A stretch of 64,000 nt of DNA from an uncultured delta proteobacterium (lineage in GTDB: Bacteria > Desulfobacterota > Desulfobacteria > Desulfobacterales > QNYZ01), in contig CAWJQU010000013.1 in assembly GCA_963845145.1 (NCBI GenBank), forward strand, positions 128,001 through 192,000, in the 5' to 3' direction. A model generated the notes under the pieces. That model did not search any database. It saw nothing but the letters and a program-made list of their open reading frames with translations, and was not told the origin of the DNA. Of this stretch, positions 28,719 through 39,358 are shown piece after piece (within the stretch, counting starts at the first letter, position 1; each line of letters begins with the position of its first letter). The position numbers were made by a program, and so were the translations under genes.

Positions 28719-29642
28719 ATGATGCCGGTTGAAATTGCCCAAGACCTTTATTTTATTGAACGTGGTTATCTCAATGCGAACCATTTTGTCTATCGGTCCG
28801 AAAAACCGGTCCTCATCGATACGGGGTATCTCGCCGATTTTGATCAAACCGTTGCGCTGATCGAGCAACTGGGTGTCCATCTTCCGGATGTCGCCCTAAT
28901 TGTCGGCACCCATTGCCATTGCGATCATATCGGCGGGCACAAAAAGATTCAGGATCTATCCGGATGCGATATTGCGCTTCATAAGATCGGAAAATATTCC
29001 ATCGACACCCGAAACGACTGGGCCACCTGGCGGCGGTATTTCAATCAGGAAGCGGATTTTTTTGACTGCACCGTCGAATTAAACGATGGGGATGTTCTTT
29101 CGGTCGGGCCTCACGAATTTACGGTTATCCATACCCCGGGCCACGCGGCGGAGGGAATTGTCCTTTACAATCGCAAACAAAAACTACTGATTTCGGCTGA
29201 TGCGCTCTGGCGCAATGATATGGCGTTGATAAACCTTCGTATTGAGGGCAGTGCCGCACCTTTTCAGATGCTGGAATCGCTGGATAAAATAGAGGCACTT
29301 GATGTTCGTGTGGTTTATCCCGGGCATGGCCCGCCTTTTACCGACGTGAAAAAAGCCCTGGATCAAACTGGAAAACGGCTCCAATACTTTTTAAATCATC
29401 GCGAGCAGATGGGGCTTGATCTGATAAAAAAGATTATCGTTTTTACAGTGATGATGCAGAAATCCATTGCTGAAGCGTCGTTCTTTGATAGCCTTATGCA
29501 AACCCACTGGTATAAGGAGACGGTTGAACTTTTTTGCGACGGTGAATACCGGCCCATCTATGAAACCATCATGGCGGATTTTATAAAGCGCGGTATTGTA
29601 AACTTACGAAACGGGCGTTTATCCACGACGGTTAAACCTTAG
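28719..29642 (+). CDS. MBL-fold metallo-hydrolase
   Basis: THCHCDHIGG, HTPGH, SAD, YPGHG. Confidence 0.88.
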   Translation: MMPVEIAQDLYFIERGYLNANHFVYRSEKPVLIDTGYLADFDQTVALIEQLGVHLPDVALIVGTHCHCDHIGGHKKIQDLSGCDIALHKIGKYSIDTRNDWATWRRYFNQEADFFDCTVELNDGDVLSVGPHEFTVIHTPGHAAEGIVLYNRKQKLLISADALWRNDMALINLRIEGSAAPFQMLESLDKIEALDVRVVYPGHGPPFTDVKKALDQTGKRLQYFLNHREQMGLDLIKKIIVFTVMMQKSIAEASFFDSLMQTHWYKETVELFCDGEYRPIYETIMADFIKRGIVNLRNGRLSTTVKP

Positions 29643-29667
29643 GCGTTTGAAAACAGAGGAGGCGGCA

Positions 29668-29943
29668 ATGAGCGATATTAAGGTGACACAAAAACCTAGC
29701 CGGGGACAATTAGAGGCAAAAGGCGTTTTCGATTGGCCGATTTGGGAAAAAGAGGCATCCGAATTTCCCTGGACCTATGATGAGACCGAAACCTGCTATT
29801 TCTTAAAGGGTGATGTGGTGGTAACACCGGATGGTGGCGAACCCGTTCATGTCGGCGAAGGGGACCTGGTCACCTTTCCTAACGGCATGTCCTGTAAATG
29901 GGACATCCGTCAAGGGGTCAAAAAACACTATCGGTTTGGGTAA
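29668..29943 (+). CDS. Cupin-domain protein (DUF861/Cupin_3)
   Basis: WPIWEKE...FPWTYDETETCY...GDLVTFP...VKKHY, with RBS GAGGAGG. Confidence 0.85.
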   Translation: MSDIKVTQKPSRGQLEAKGVFDWPIWEKEASEFPWTYDETETCYFLKGDVVVTPDGGEPVHVGEGDLVTFPNGMSCKWDIRQGVKKHYRFG

Positions 29944-30126
29944 TGGGTTAAAGTTGGGTAGTTTCAACTTTTGGTAGCTACTTTTTGTTCGCCACGGCTT
30001 TTAATTTATAATAACGCTTAACATACATTTGTTTTTCCATCGATAATGCAGTATAATCATACTTTCTATTGAATTTTACTGATTGCCCCCGAGAGCGCAC
30101 CATAAAGGCTTATCTGATTGATCAAT

Positions 30127-31224
30127 ATGAAACCCTGGATCGTTCGCAAACCCACTCGCCGCATTCGCGTCGGCCCGGTGCCCATCGGCGGCGGTGCGCC
30201 CATTGCCGTCCAGTCCATGACCAATACCCGCACGGACGATGTAGCGGCAACGGTTCGCCAAATTGAGCAGTTAAGCGCCGCCGGATGCGAGATCATTCGT
30301 GTGGCTGTGCCGGATCAAGCGGCGGCGGCGGCCGTGGCCGACATTAAAAGTCAAATCAAGATTCCCCTCATTGCCGATATCCATTTTGATTATCGATTGG
30401 CGATTGCTGCGACAGAAGCCGGGGCCGATGGCCTGCGGATCAACCCCGGAAATATCGGCTCGGCTAAAAAAGTTCGCGCCGTTGTCGATTGCGCGCAGGC
30501 GAACGGAATTTCCATTCGCATCGGTGTTAATTCAGGATCTTTGGAAAAAGATATCGTTGCCCAATATGGCGGCGTCACGCCGCAATCCATGGTGGCCAGC
30601 GCTATGCGGCATGTTGAATTGCTGGAATCGTTTAATTATCATGATATCAAGATATCGCTGAAGGCTTCGGATGTCTACCGTACGGTGAGTGCTTATCGGT
30701 TGCTTAGCGGTCAAACCGATTACCCCTTGCATGTCGGTGTCACCGAAGCCGGCGGGTTATTTCCCGGCGTGGTGAAATCTTCCCTGGGTATCGGCATGTT
30801 GCTGGCCGAAGGGATCGGCGATACGCTGCGGGTATCGTTGACGCGGGACCCGGTGGAAGAAGTGCGCGTGGGGTATGAGATCCTAAGAGCGCTGGATATC
30901 CGTCACTATGGACCGGAAATCATTTCCTGCCCAACCTGTGGCCGGTGCAATATTGACCTGTTTGATATTGCGGCAAAGGTTGAAAAAGCCTTATTAACCC
31001 GATCCAGCCCTGTTAAGGTGGCCATCATGGGGTGTGTGGTCAATGGCCCGGGCGAGGCCAGGGAAGCCGATATCGGCATTGCCGGCGGCGATGGCGTGGG
31101 TATCTTGTTTCGAAAAGGAGAGGTGATTGACAAGGTTCCCCAGGACAAACTCGTTGAAACCCTGTTGAAGGAAGTCGATAAAATCGAAATTGAGAAATAC
31201 CGAAAGGAGTCAAATGACCAATAA
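30127..31224 (+). CDS. ispG: 4-hydroxy-3-methylbut-2-enyl diphosphate synthase
   Basis: VQSMTNT, ADIHF, RINPGN, SCPTCGR, MGCVVNGPGE. Confidence 0.96.
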   Translation: MKPWIVRKPTRRIRVGPVPIGGGAPIAVQSMTNTRTDDVAATVRQIEQLSAAGCEIIRVAVPDQAAAAAVADIKSQIKIPLIADIHFDYRLAIAATEAGADGLRINPGNIGSAKKVRAVVDCAQANGISIRIGVNSGSLEKDIVAQYGGVTPQSMVASAMRHVELLESFNYHDIKISLKASDVYRTVSAYRLLSGQTDYPLHVGVTEAGGLFPGVVKSSLGIGMLLAEGIGDTLRVSLTRDPVEEVRVGYEILRALDIRHYGPEIISCPTCGRCNIDLFDIAAKVEKALLTRSSPVKVAIMGCVVNGPGEAREADIGIAGGDGVGILFRKGEVIDKVPQDKLVETLLKEVDKIEIEKYRKESNDQ

Positions 31225-32731
31225 ACCGAAAACGGCCATATCACCCACGCGGGCGGAAGACTACCCGGAGTGGTACCAGCAGGTGATCAAGGGCTCGGAT
31301 ATGGCTGAAAAATCGCCCGTTCGCGGGTGCATGGTAATAAAACCCTGGGGCTACGCCATTTGGGAAAACATCGTTCATGAAATGAATCGAATGTTTCGGG
31401 ATACCGGGGTGAGAAACGCCTACTTCCCCCTATTCATCCCTTTGAGTTTTCTGGAAAAAGAGGCCGAACACGTTGAAGGGTTCGCCAAGGAGTGTGCCGT
31501 GGTGACGCATCATCGCCTGGAACAGCGGGGGGATGGGTTGGTTCCCGCTGGTGAATTGCAGGAACCCCTGGTTGTTCGGCCCACTTCGGAGACAATCATC
31601 GGGGATGCCTTTTCCAAATGGATTAAGAGCTACAGGGATTTGCCCTTGCTGATCAACCAGTGGGCCAACGTTGTGCGCTGGGAAATGCGAACGCGAATAT
31701 TTTTGCGCACCAGTGAGTTTTTATGGCAGGAAGGGCATACGGCCCATGCCACCCAAGAAGAGGCCGTGGTTCGAACACGTCAGATGCTGGATGTTTATGC
31801 CGAGTTTGTGGAAGAATTTTTAGCCATACCCGTGATCAAGGGCGTTAAAACCGAAGCTGAAACATTTCCCGGCGCCGTTGAGACCCAATGTATCGAAGCC
31901 ATGATGCAGGATCGTAAGGCCCTGCAGGCTGGGACTTCTCACTTTCTGGGCCAAAATTTCGCACGGGCCTCGGGTATCAAGTTTCAATCTCGGGAAGAGA
32001 CGGAAGAATACGCCTGGACCACCTCTTGGGGGACGTCCACTAGATTGATTGGTGGCATGATCATGACCCACAGCGATGATGACGGATTGGTGTTGCCCCC
32101 CAAAATTGCATCGGCCCATGTGGTTCTTTTACCCATCTTCCGTAAACCTGATGATCAGGCGGCCGTGATGGCGTACACGGAAAAACTGGCGATTCGATTG
32201 CGTGAGCTGCGGTACCACGATCGTCGCTTGGAAGTGGAAATAGACGATCGTGAGATCGGTGGTGCCCGGGGGTGGGAGTGGGTTAAAAAGGGAATTCCCC
32301 TTAGGGTTGAAATTGGTCCGCGGGACATCGCCCAGGATTCGGTTTTTGTGGCTCGAAGGGACCAGCCGGGGAATAAGAAGGAATCAATCCCCACGGATCG
32401 GTTTGTCGACACCGTCACCGATCTTCTCGATGATATTCAGGGGCGGTTGTTCCAAAAAGCGCTTGAATTCAGGGAGGCGCACACGAAAACCATCAGTGAC
32501 GCCGGTGAATTTTATGCCTATTTTACGCCCCAAAACAATAAAAGGCCGGAAATTCATGGCGGTTTTGTCCTGGCGCCATGGTGCGGCGCGTCCGAATGCG
32601 AAAGCCGCATAAAGGCAGATCTCAGTGTGACGATTCGATGTATCCCTTTTGATAGACAACCTGTCAGCGGTCCGTGCATTCATTGCGGCGCACCCGCCGA
32701 CCACCAGGTTATTTTCGCAAAGGCCTATTAG
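31214..32731 (+). CDS. proS: Proline--tRNA ligase, archaeal/eukaryote-type
   Basis: RPTSET, QWANVVRWE, FLWQEGHT, QAGTSHFLGQNF, C-terminal Cys domain ending AKAY. No bacterial INS editing domain. Confidence 0.95.
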   Translation: MTNKPKTAISPTRAEDYPEWYQQVIKGSDMAEKSPVRGCMVIKPWGYAIWENIVHEMNRMFRDTGVRNAYFPLFIPLSFLEKEAEHVEGFAKECAVVTHHRLEQRGDGLVPAGELQEPLVVRPTSETIIGDAFSKWIKSYRDLPLLINQWANVVRWEMRTRIFLRTSEFLWQEGHTAHATQEEAVVRTRQMLDVYAEFVEEFLAIPVIKGVKTEAETFPGAVETQCIEAMMQDRKALQAGTSHFLGQNFARASGIKFQSREETEEYAWTTSWGTSTRLIGGMIMTHSDDDGLVLPPKIASAHVVLLPIFRKPDDQAAVMAYTEKLAIRLRELRYHDRRLEVEIDDREIGGARGWEWVKKGIPLRVEIGPRDIAQDSVFVARRDQPGNKKESIPTDRFVDTVTDLLDDIQGRLFQKALEFREAHTKTISDAGEFYAYFTPQNNKRPEIHGGFVLAPWCGASECESRIKADLSVTIRCIPFDRQPVSGPCIHCGAPADHQVIFAKAY

Positions 32732-32733
32732 GT

Positions 32734-34881
32734 ATGATTCGGATCAACGATATCATTGATAAAATTACAACGTATATCCCCGAATCCGATCTGAGCTTGA
32801 TCGATCAGGCCTATGTATATTCCGCGCAGGTACATGCCGGCCAGGTCCGCTTATCCGGAGAACCTTATCTCTCCCATCCCCTTGAAGTGGCCAATATTTT
32901 GGCGGATATGAAGCTGGACGCAACCAGCATTGCGGCGGGCTTGCTTCACGACGTGGTTGAAGATACCCATGCCACCGAAGAAGAGATTCTCGAATCATTC
33001 GGCCCGCAGGTCAATCGTATCGTCATGGGGGTTACCAAATTAAGCAAATTACCGGTCTCCGGTGCCAAGGCCCGGCAGGCTGAGAATATTCGAAAAATGT
33101 TGTTGGCCATGGCTGATGATATTCGTGTGATTCTCATCAAACTGGCTGACCGGCTTCACAACATGCGTACCCTGAAATTTCATAAAAAGGCATCCAAGCA
33201 ACGAGATATTTCACAGGAAACCCTGGATATCTACGCGCCCCTGGCCGCCCGTCTGGGTATTTATTGGATTAAGAACGAACTCGAAAACCGAGCCTTTTTT
33301 TACACCGAACCGGACGTTTACAATGAAATTGAAACCCGTGTAAACAAAGAGCGGGAAGAGCGGGAAGAGTTTACGGAAACGGTAAAAAATCTGCTATATG
33401 AAAAGATGAAGAGCAGCGGATTGAAATGCGACGTACTGGGTCGATTCAAACATTTTTACAGCATCCACCAAAAAATGCAGACCCAGGATTTACCCTTCGA
33501 AGAGATTTACGATATATTTGCTTTTAGAATAATTCTCGATGCCATTCCCCAGTGTTATGAAGCATTGGGAATCATCCACTCCCTATGGAAGCCCATTGAT
33601 GCAAAGTTCAAGGATTATATCGGCCGGCCCAAGTCGAATATGTACCAATCCTTGCACACTACGGTCATTGGCCCGGCGGGAGAGCGCATCGAAATCCAGA
33701 TTCGTACCCGGGATATGGATCAAGTGGCCAAATCCGGAATTGCCGCTCACTGGCGCTATAAAGAGAACAACCCGATCAATGTCGAAGAGAGCCAAACCTA
33801 TTCCTGGATCCAGGATCTGGTGGAAAACCAGGAAAATATAAAGAATCCCAACGAATTTTTAGAAAATGTCCGTATGGACCTGTTTCCGGATGAGGTCTAC
33901 ATATTCACGCCCAATGGTGAGGTCAAGTCCTTTCCCAAAGGCGCCACACCCATTGATTTTGCCTATAAAATTCATACCGAGGTGGGCCATCAATGTGTGG
34001 GGGCTAAGGTAAATAGCCGCATGGTCCCATTAAAGTATGAACTTCAAACCGGTGATATTGTCGAGGTAGTGACCACCAAGGGGAATCATCCAAGTAAAGA
34101 CTGGTTGAGTTTTGTAAAAACGGTCAAAGCCCGCTCCAAGATCAGACAATGGATCAAGGAGCAGGAAAAACAGCGCAGTATCACCCTGGGCCGGGAAATG
34201 TGCGAAAAGGCGTTTCGCAAGCATAAGATGAATTTCAATGCGCTCTCCAAATCCGACGACATGGAGAAAGTCGTCGCCCATTTCGCCTTTAAAACCTTAG
34301 ACGACCTGATGGCCAGCGTCGGTTACGGCAAAACCACGCCGCTTCAAATCATTCGGCGGATGACGCCCAAGGGCGGGGGTAAGGATCAATCGGATCAATC
34401 CCTGATGGAAAAGCTGATCGGGCGGGTTCGCAAAAAGAAGCCGACGACCGGTGTGCGGGTGAGGGGATTAGACGATATTCTAATTCGCTTCGGTAAATGT
34501 TGCCGTCCGGTACCCGGGGACCCTATCATCGGTTATATCACTCAGGGGCAGGGCGTTACTGTTCATCGTACCACTTGCACCAATGCGCTGAAAACAAACC
34601 CAGAACGACAGATCGAGGTGGAGTGGGATTTGGAAGCCACCGCGACCTATCCGGTTAAGGTTCGCATCCGCTCATTGGATCGCATGGGGCTATTGGCCGA
34701 TGTGGCCGGTTTTATCAGTAAAATCGGCGCGAATATCATTAGCGCCAATACCGTTACCCACGAGGACAACACCGTGGATACCTACTTTACCCTATCTGTT
34801 AACGATACATCCCATCTTGCTCAAATCTTGACCGGGATTAAAAAAATCCAGTATGTCCAGGATGTAAAAAGAATCGGTTAA
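32734..34881 (+). CDS. rel: Bifunctional (p)ppGpp synthetase/hydrolase (Rel/SpoT)
   Basis: Intact HD motif (LHDVVED), [24 protein letters not shown], then TGS, CC and ACT domains. Confidence 0.95.
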   Translation: MIRINDIIDKITTYIPESDLSLIDQAYVYSAQVHAGQVRLSGEPYLSHPLEVANILADMKLDATSIAAGLLHDVVEDTHATEEEILESFGPQVNRIVMGVTKLSKLPVSGAKARQAENIRKMLLAMADDIRVILIKLADRLHNMRTLKFHKKASKQRDISQETLDIYAPLAARLGIYWIKNELENRAFFYTEPDVYNEIETRVNKEREEREEFTETVKNLLYEKMKSSGLKCDVLGRFKHFYSIHQKMQTQDLPFEEIYDIFAFRIILDAIPQCYEALGIIHSLWKPIDAKFKDYIGRPKSNMYQSLHTTVIGPAGERIEIQIRTRDMDQVAKSGIAAHWRYKENNPINVEESQTYSWIQDLVENQENIKNPNEFLENVRMDLFPDEVYIFTPNGEVKSFPKGATPIDFAYKIHTEVGHQCVGAKVNSRMVPLKYELQTGDIVEVVTTKGNHPSKDWLSFVKTVKARSKIRQWIKEQEKQRSITLGREMCEKAFRKHKMNFNALSKSDDMEKVVAHFAFKTLDDLMASVGYGKTTPLQIIRRMTPKGGGKDQSDQSLMEKLIGRVRKKKPTTGVRVRGLDDILIRFGKCCRPVPGDPIIGYITQGQGVTVHRTTCTNALKTNPERQIEVEWDLEATATYPVKVRIRSLDRMGLLADVAGFISKIGANIISANTVTHEDNTVDTYFTLSVNDTSHLAQILTGIKKIQYVQDVKRIG

Positions 34882-35072
34882 GCGGCTTTGACGACCCGTC
34901 CCGATTTGATACAATTGGTGCAGGCCATGATTTTTTTTACCTGACCGGATTTTGACGCCGCCCGTACCCGCTGAAGGTTCGGATTAAATCGGCGCTTGGT
35001 CACGTTATGGGCGTGGCTCACATTGTTGCCGGTCATCGGTTTTTTTCCGCAAATTTCACATACTTTCGACAT
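34878..35072 (-). CDS. rpmB: 50S ribosomal protein L28
   Basis: [34 protein letters not shown]. Confidence 0.97.
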   Translation of the reverse strand: MSKVCEICGKKPMTGNNVSHAHNVTKRRFNPNLQRVRAASKSGQVKKIMACTNCIKSGRVVKAA

Positions 35073-35124
35073 GATGTTGCTCCTTTATGAAAAATATTTT
35101 TTTTATGGTTGATTTTTGTTTGAA

Positions 35125-35796
35125 CTATTTTTTACCGGTGTCATTTTCCAGTGCCGCCCGGCAGCGATCAATATATTGTTGGGCCTCTTCGTCAAAACCG
35201 GAATTGGGATAATCGGTTAAAACGCGCTGAAATCGGCCTAAAGCACCTTGATACCGTTTGGCCTTGAAGTAATGTTTGCCCACATACATTTCATGCCCGG
35301 CCAGGGAATTTCTACATTCGTCAATATGTTTTTGCGCCTTGTCGGCGTAGGGGCTATCCGGGTACTGACTCACCAACTGTAAAAAGGTTTCCTGCGCCTG
35401 CCGTACCACGGCTTGATCCCGGTCAACGGAATCCATGCGGTCAAAGTAGCAGCGGCCCGTCTGGTAAATCACATACGGTATCGCCTCATTTTGCGGGTGC
35501 AGAGATTGAAATTCCTGGTAAGCGAAGATCGCTTCTTCGTATTCCTTCAAATAGTAATGAGCGTCGGCGATTTTCAGCTCGGCCAGGCTATTAAACCGGC
35601 TAAACGGATACCCGTCTTTTAGTTTCTGGAACGTTTCAAGCGCCCGTCGGTATTTTCCACGATCATAAAGGTCCATACCGGTGCCTGCCAACGCTTCAGC
35701 CGTCGGTTCTTCCTTGGCCTCAAACCAGGCGCACCCCAACGGCATGGTTAGGTAAATCGCGATAATAAAAACAAATATGTGGTTTCGGTGGCGCAT
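35125..35796 (-). CDS. bamD: Outer membrane protein assembly factor BamD
   Basis: Lipobox LGC, YPFS...AELKIADAHY, DRDQ, YPDSPY, HEMYVGKHY. Confidence 0.9.
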   Translation of the reverse strand: MRHRNHIFVFIIAIYLTMPLGCAWFEAKEEPTAEALAGTGMDLYDRGKYRRALETFQKLKDGYPFSRFNSLAELKIADAHYYLKEYEEAIFAYQEFQSLHPQNEAIPYVIYQTGRCYFDRMDSVDRDQAVVRQAQETFLQLVSQYPDSPYADKAQKHIDECRNSLAGHEMYVGKHYFKAKRYQGALGRFQRVLTDYPNSGFDEEAQQYIDRCRAALENDTGKK

Positions 35797-35945
35797 ATTA
35801 AAAACGATTAATAATAAAATCGGGCCCTATTTTATTGATGCATAAACAGAGCCCGGGGATAATGGTGCGAATAAAATGGGTTGTGACGGTCACCTTATAG
35901 TCTTTAAATAGATTGTATTGAAAAAGGACCGATCACCCCTTTTTA

Positions 35946-36272
35946 TCAGACAATTTTATCGATGATCTCTTCCAGCTTGGATTTGGCCACGATACCAACC
36001 ACCTGATCGGCCACTTTACCATCTTTGAAAAAAATCAGGGTTGGAATCGATTTAATCCCGAATTTACTCGGTGACACCGGATTATCATCCACATTGCATT
36101 TTTTAAATTCGACTTTACCGGCGTAACTGTCGGCCAATTCTTCGATCATGGGGCCAATGGCCCGGCACGGGCCACACCAAGGCGCCCAAAAGTCAACCAG
36201 TACAGGGGTTTTCTGATTTTCGATTGCCTCATCGAAATTGTCATCATTGATTTCAGCGATATTCGCTGCCAT
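35946..36272 (-). CDS. trxA: Thioredoxin
   Basis: DFWAPWCGPC and SIPT. Confidence 0.96.
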   Translation of the reverse strand: MAANIAEINDDNFDEAIENQKTPVLVDFWAPWCGPCRAIGPMIEELADSYAGKVEFKKCNVDDNPVSPSKFGIKSIPTLIFFKDGKVADQVVGIVAKSKLEEIIDKIV

Positions 36273-36537
36273 AATAGCCCGATCCTTTCCGTGTCATTAA
36301 TTACCGATTGGGTAATTAATGCATTAACACCGTTGAAAATTCACGTTTTTTAAATAAATTAAGCTCAAAAACATATAGTGTTTTTTATCTATTTGTCAAC
36401 TGCAATGTGGATGATTCAATGGTTTATCCACCACGGGCGGGGGGCTTCACCCGAGAGGTAAAATTCGCCAATCGTCTTTTAGGGGATTGACGTTTTACGA
36501 TCATATAAAATGGCAACGAAGAAACAAGGAGGAAACG

Positions 36538-37335
36538 GTGAGCAACCCATTACGTATTGGTGCATTGATTTCTGGGGGTGGTTCAAATCTCAAAGCCATT
36601 ATTGAATCCTGCTTCGATGGCCGAATAACCGGAAAAGTCGTTTTTGTTGGATCGGACAACCCAAATGCCACCGGATTTAAGTGGGCCAAGGCGAAAAATA
36701 TTCCGACATTTGACGTCGATTATGGTCGGATTATTCGACAATATCGGAAAAATCCGGCCACCTTAACTTTGCCGGAGGACTGTGATATTAATATGCTCAT
36801 TAACAGGCAGCGCATTCTATCGCCTGAGGGGGCCTCGGAAAAGCTAAAAACCTTTTTTACGACCCGTTTGGTGGCCGAGGGTCGGATGCTGGCTAAAATA
36901 TCCGCCTACCCCTTTGATCTGCTGGTGTTGGCTGGATTTATGCGGAATCTGACCCCTTATTTTATAGACGCTATCAATCACGATCCCTTAAAGCCCCGAA
37001 TTATGAATATACACCCATCCCTTCTGCCTGCGTTTGGCGGTGTGGACGGCTACGGCGATACCTTCCGTTATGGATGCAAGGTGGGCGGATGCACGGTCCA
37101 TTTTGTTGATTATGGTGAAGATTCCGGGCCGATTATTGCCCAAAAGGCGTTTGCGATCGACCCCAAGGAGACGCTGGATGACATCCGCCGGCGGGGGCTT
37201 GCGCTGGAATGGGAACTCTATCCCCAATGCATTCAGCTTTTTGCAGAAAACCGGTTAAAAATAGAGACATTGACCCATATTTTACCAGGGGGGCGCGAAT
37301 ATACCCGAACCATCGTTCGAATTTGGCCTTCTTAA
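36538..37335 (+). CDS. purN: Phosphoribosylglycinamide formyltransferase
   Basis: ISGGGSNL, LAGFMR, NIHPSLLP, GCTVHFVD..EDSGPII. GTG start after AGGAGG. Confidence 0.9.
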   Translation: MSNPLRIGALISGGGSNLKAIIESCFDGRITGKVVFVGSDNPNATGFKWAKAKNIPTFDVDYGRIIRQYRKNPATLTLPEDCDINMLINRQRILSPEGASEKLKTFFTTRLVAEGRMLAKISAYPFDLLVLAGFMRNLTPYFIDAINHDPLKPRIMNIHPSLLPAFGGVDGYGDTFRYGCKVGGCTVHFVDYGEDSGPIIAQKAFAIDPKETLDDIRRRGLALEWELYPQCIQLFAENRLKIETLTHILPGGREYTRTIVRIWPS

Positions 37336-37384
37336 TGGCACGGTCCAAACGATTGATCGAAAAGAAATACAGTGGACGTTTTTT

Positions 37385-39358
37385 ATGTATCTGAAAAATA
37401 ACGTGAACCATAAAAACATGCTGATTATCTGGCATTATCTGAAAGACTTTGGCTTAAAAAAAGGGTTGCCGGAAAAAGATGTCAATATTTTCGAACAATT
37501 ATCTCTCAGTTATCCGGACGAATATAAAAACGCCCTGCAATATTACACGGACCACACCCAATGGAGCCCTCATGATATCTATGTAAAATGCTATCTAAAA
37601 GCAAAAGAAATTGTCGGCGAGCCCCACTTTTTTAGAAGTTGCGGCAGGACTGTGATTAAGTTTAACTCGGTAAAGTCTTTGAAAGACATAGCCTTGGTCT
37701 TCTCGGGTCCCGGGGAGGCCTATAAGAGTTTTCCGATCCTATTAAATAATTGGAATGACACAAAGGAAGGCGAAATCCTTTTACAATCTCGATTTGACAA
37801 ATCGAGCAAAAAAACCAGGACCGTCATTAAATATGAGATTCACCCGCATATACCCTATGAAAATGACTTTTGCAGCGGGTATCATATTCAGGGTATTTTA
37901 GAGTCTATTCCCACTATATGGCCACGACGGCTATGGCAACCCTGGAACAAACTACCCATGGCGTCGGTTAAGCAGGTTATGGTTCAATATGATCCTGTTA
38001 AGCTATTTAATAGCATTTATTTCAAGATATTTAATTTGAAAGCCTCCATGGACGGTGAATGGTTGTCTATAATTGATCCAATCACTAAGAAAAGAATCGA
38101 TATCGGTCGGAGGGTTTTTTTAGTAAAATCTAAAATTAATAATTCAGAGGAGTATATCGGCGAATATAGTTATTTAGACGCAGACGGCGACGGTCAGACG
38201 GGTATTTTGATTACCAGAACCGTTGAGGTTGGCGGTGAAATAGCCTGTGAAAAGAATGCTATCTTTAAGGCCCCGTACTTCATTTTGGAAATCCAAAATG
38301 AAGAATTGCCCATAATCAGACGCATATTGAGGTTTAGGAATCGTCATAAATTAAACCAATTTGCGCTTAATGAGGTTTCGGAAAACATCGGTATTCTTAG
38401 AAAGGAAATAAGTAAAAAAGAGCAGGCAAATGAAAGCCTTCTGTTTTTCAAAAAACAATTGGAAAGAACGATATCGGAGAAAAAACACGAGTTGAAAGCG
38501 ACGCAACAAAAAATTATTGAGGAAGAAAAAGCCTTGTTCGAAAATCAAATCTCGGGTGGTTTTGTGCATGAAGTGCGAAATGGTTTGGTTGGGTCGCAAT
38601 TGGCCATCAGCAGCCTTTCTGACTACGATGGTTCCGGTAGGAATGTCAAACAAGTACTCGACGAAACGTTAGACCGCATTGTAAATGCTAAAGGTTTAAA
38701 CGAAAGAATAAAATCAGATGTAAGGCTCTTAAAAAAAATTGTTTTAGATGCCAACGTCGTTTTATTGGAAACCGAAACGGCCATTGAGAGCGTTTTGTCA
38801 CTGACACGAAAAATACGATTTTATACAAATGCTGCCGATTCAAAGACCGGAGATGAGCGTGTAAGTATCGGAGAAATTCTTAATATCATTTCCATACGGC
38901 AAAAGCGCATATTAAAAAAATTTAATATTGAATTAAATATTAAGGGACCTGAAATCTTTGTTTTGGCGGACCAGGGCGTTTTTATTTCAATATTTGAAAA
39001 CATTGTTTTTAATGCGATAGATGCGATATCAGAGAAAATGTCTGAAGGTGGAATAATCAATATTGAAACATGGTTAGACAGTGAAGTCGTTGTTTTGATA
39101 AGAGACAATGGCATGGGAATACAAAAAGAGTATTTAAATAAAATTTTCGATCCGTTTTTTACGGAAAAGACTCATGGCAGTGGCCTTGGGCTTTCGATAG
39201 TTAAACGATTTGTCGACCTATACGATGGTAAAATAAGCGTAAAATCCGATTTTGGAATTGGAACGGAAATGACGGTAAGGTTTAATAAGTCTATTCTGTG
39301 GAGTGATGGAGAAGGAGAAAAGAATGAGCAGGCAATTACCGATCCTGGTTGTGGATGA
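37385..39358 (+). CDS. Soluble sensor histidine kinase with an uncharacterised N-terminal domain
   Basis: H-box GFVHEVRN, N-box NIVFNAIDA, G1 DNGMGI, F-box FDPFFT, G2 GSGLGL. No hydrophobic TM stretch seen; AT-rich DNA. Confidence 0.88.
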   Translation: MYLKNNVNHKNMLIIWHYLKDFGLKKGLPEKDVNIFEQLSLSYPDEYKNALQYYTDHTQWSPHDIYVKCYLKAKEIVGEPHFFRSCGRTVIKFNSVKSLKDIALVFSGPGEAYKSFPILLNNWNDTKEGEILLQSRFDKSSKKTRTVIKYEIHPHIPYENDFCSGYHIQGILESIPTIWPRRLWQPWNKLPMASVKQVMVQYDPVKLFNSIYFKIFNLKASMDGEWLSIIDPITKKRIDIGRRVFLVKSKINNSEEYIGEYSYLDADGDGQTGILITRTVEVGGEIACEKNAIFKAPYFILEIQNEELPIIRRILRFRNRHKLNQFALNEVSENIGILRKEISKKEQANESLLFFKKQLERTISEKKHELKATQQKIIEEEKALFENQISGGFVHEVRNGLVGSQLAISSLSDYDGSGRNVKQVLDETLDRIVNAKGLNERIKSDVRLLKKIVLDANVVLLETETAIESVLSLTRKIRFYTNAADSKTGDERVSIGEILNIISIRQKRILKKFNIELNIKGPEIFVLADQGVFISIFENIVFNAIDAISEKMSEGGIINIETWLDSEVVVLIRDNGMGIQKEYLNKIFDPFFTEKTHGSGLGLSIVKRFVDLYDGKISVKSDFGIGTEMTVRFNKSILWSDGEGEKNEQAITDPGCG

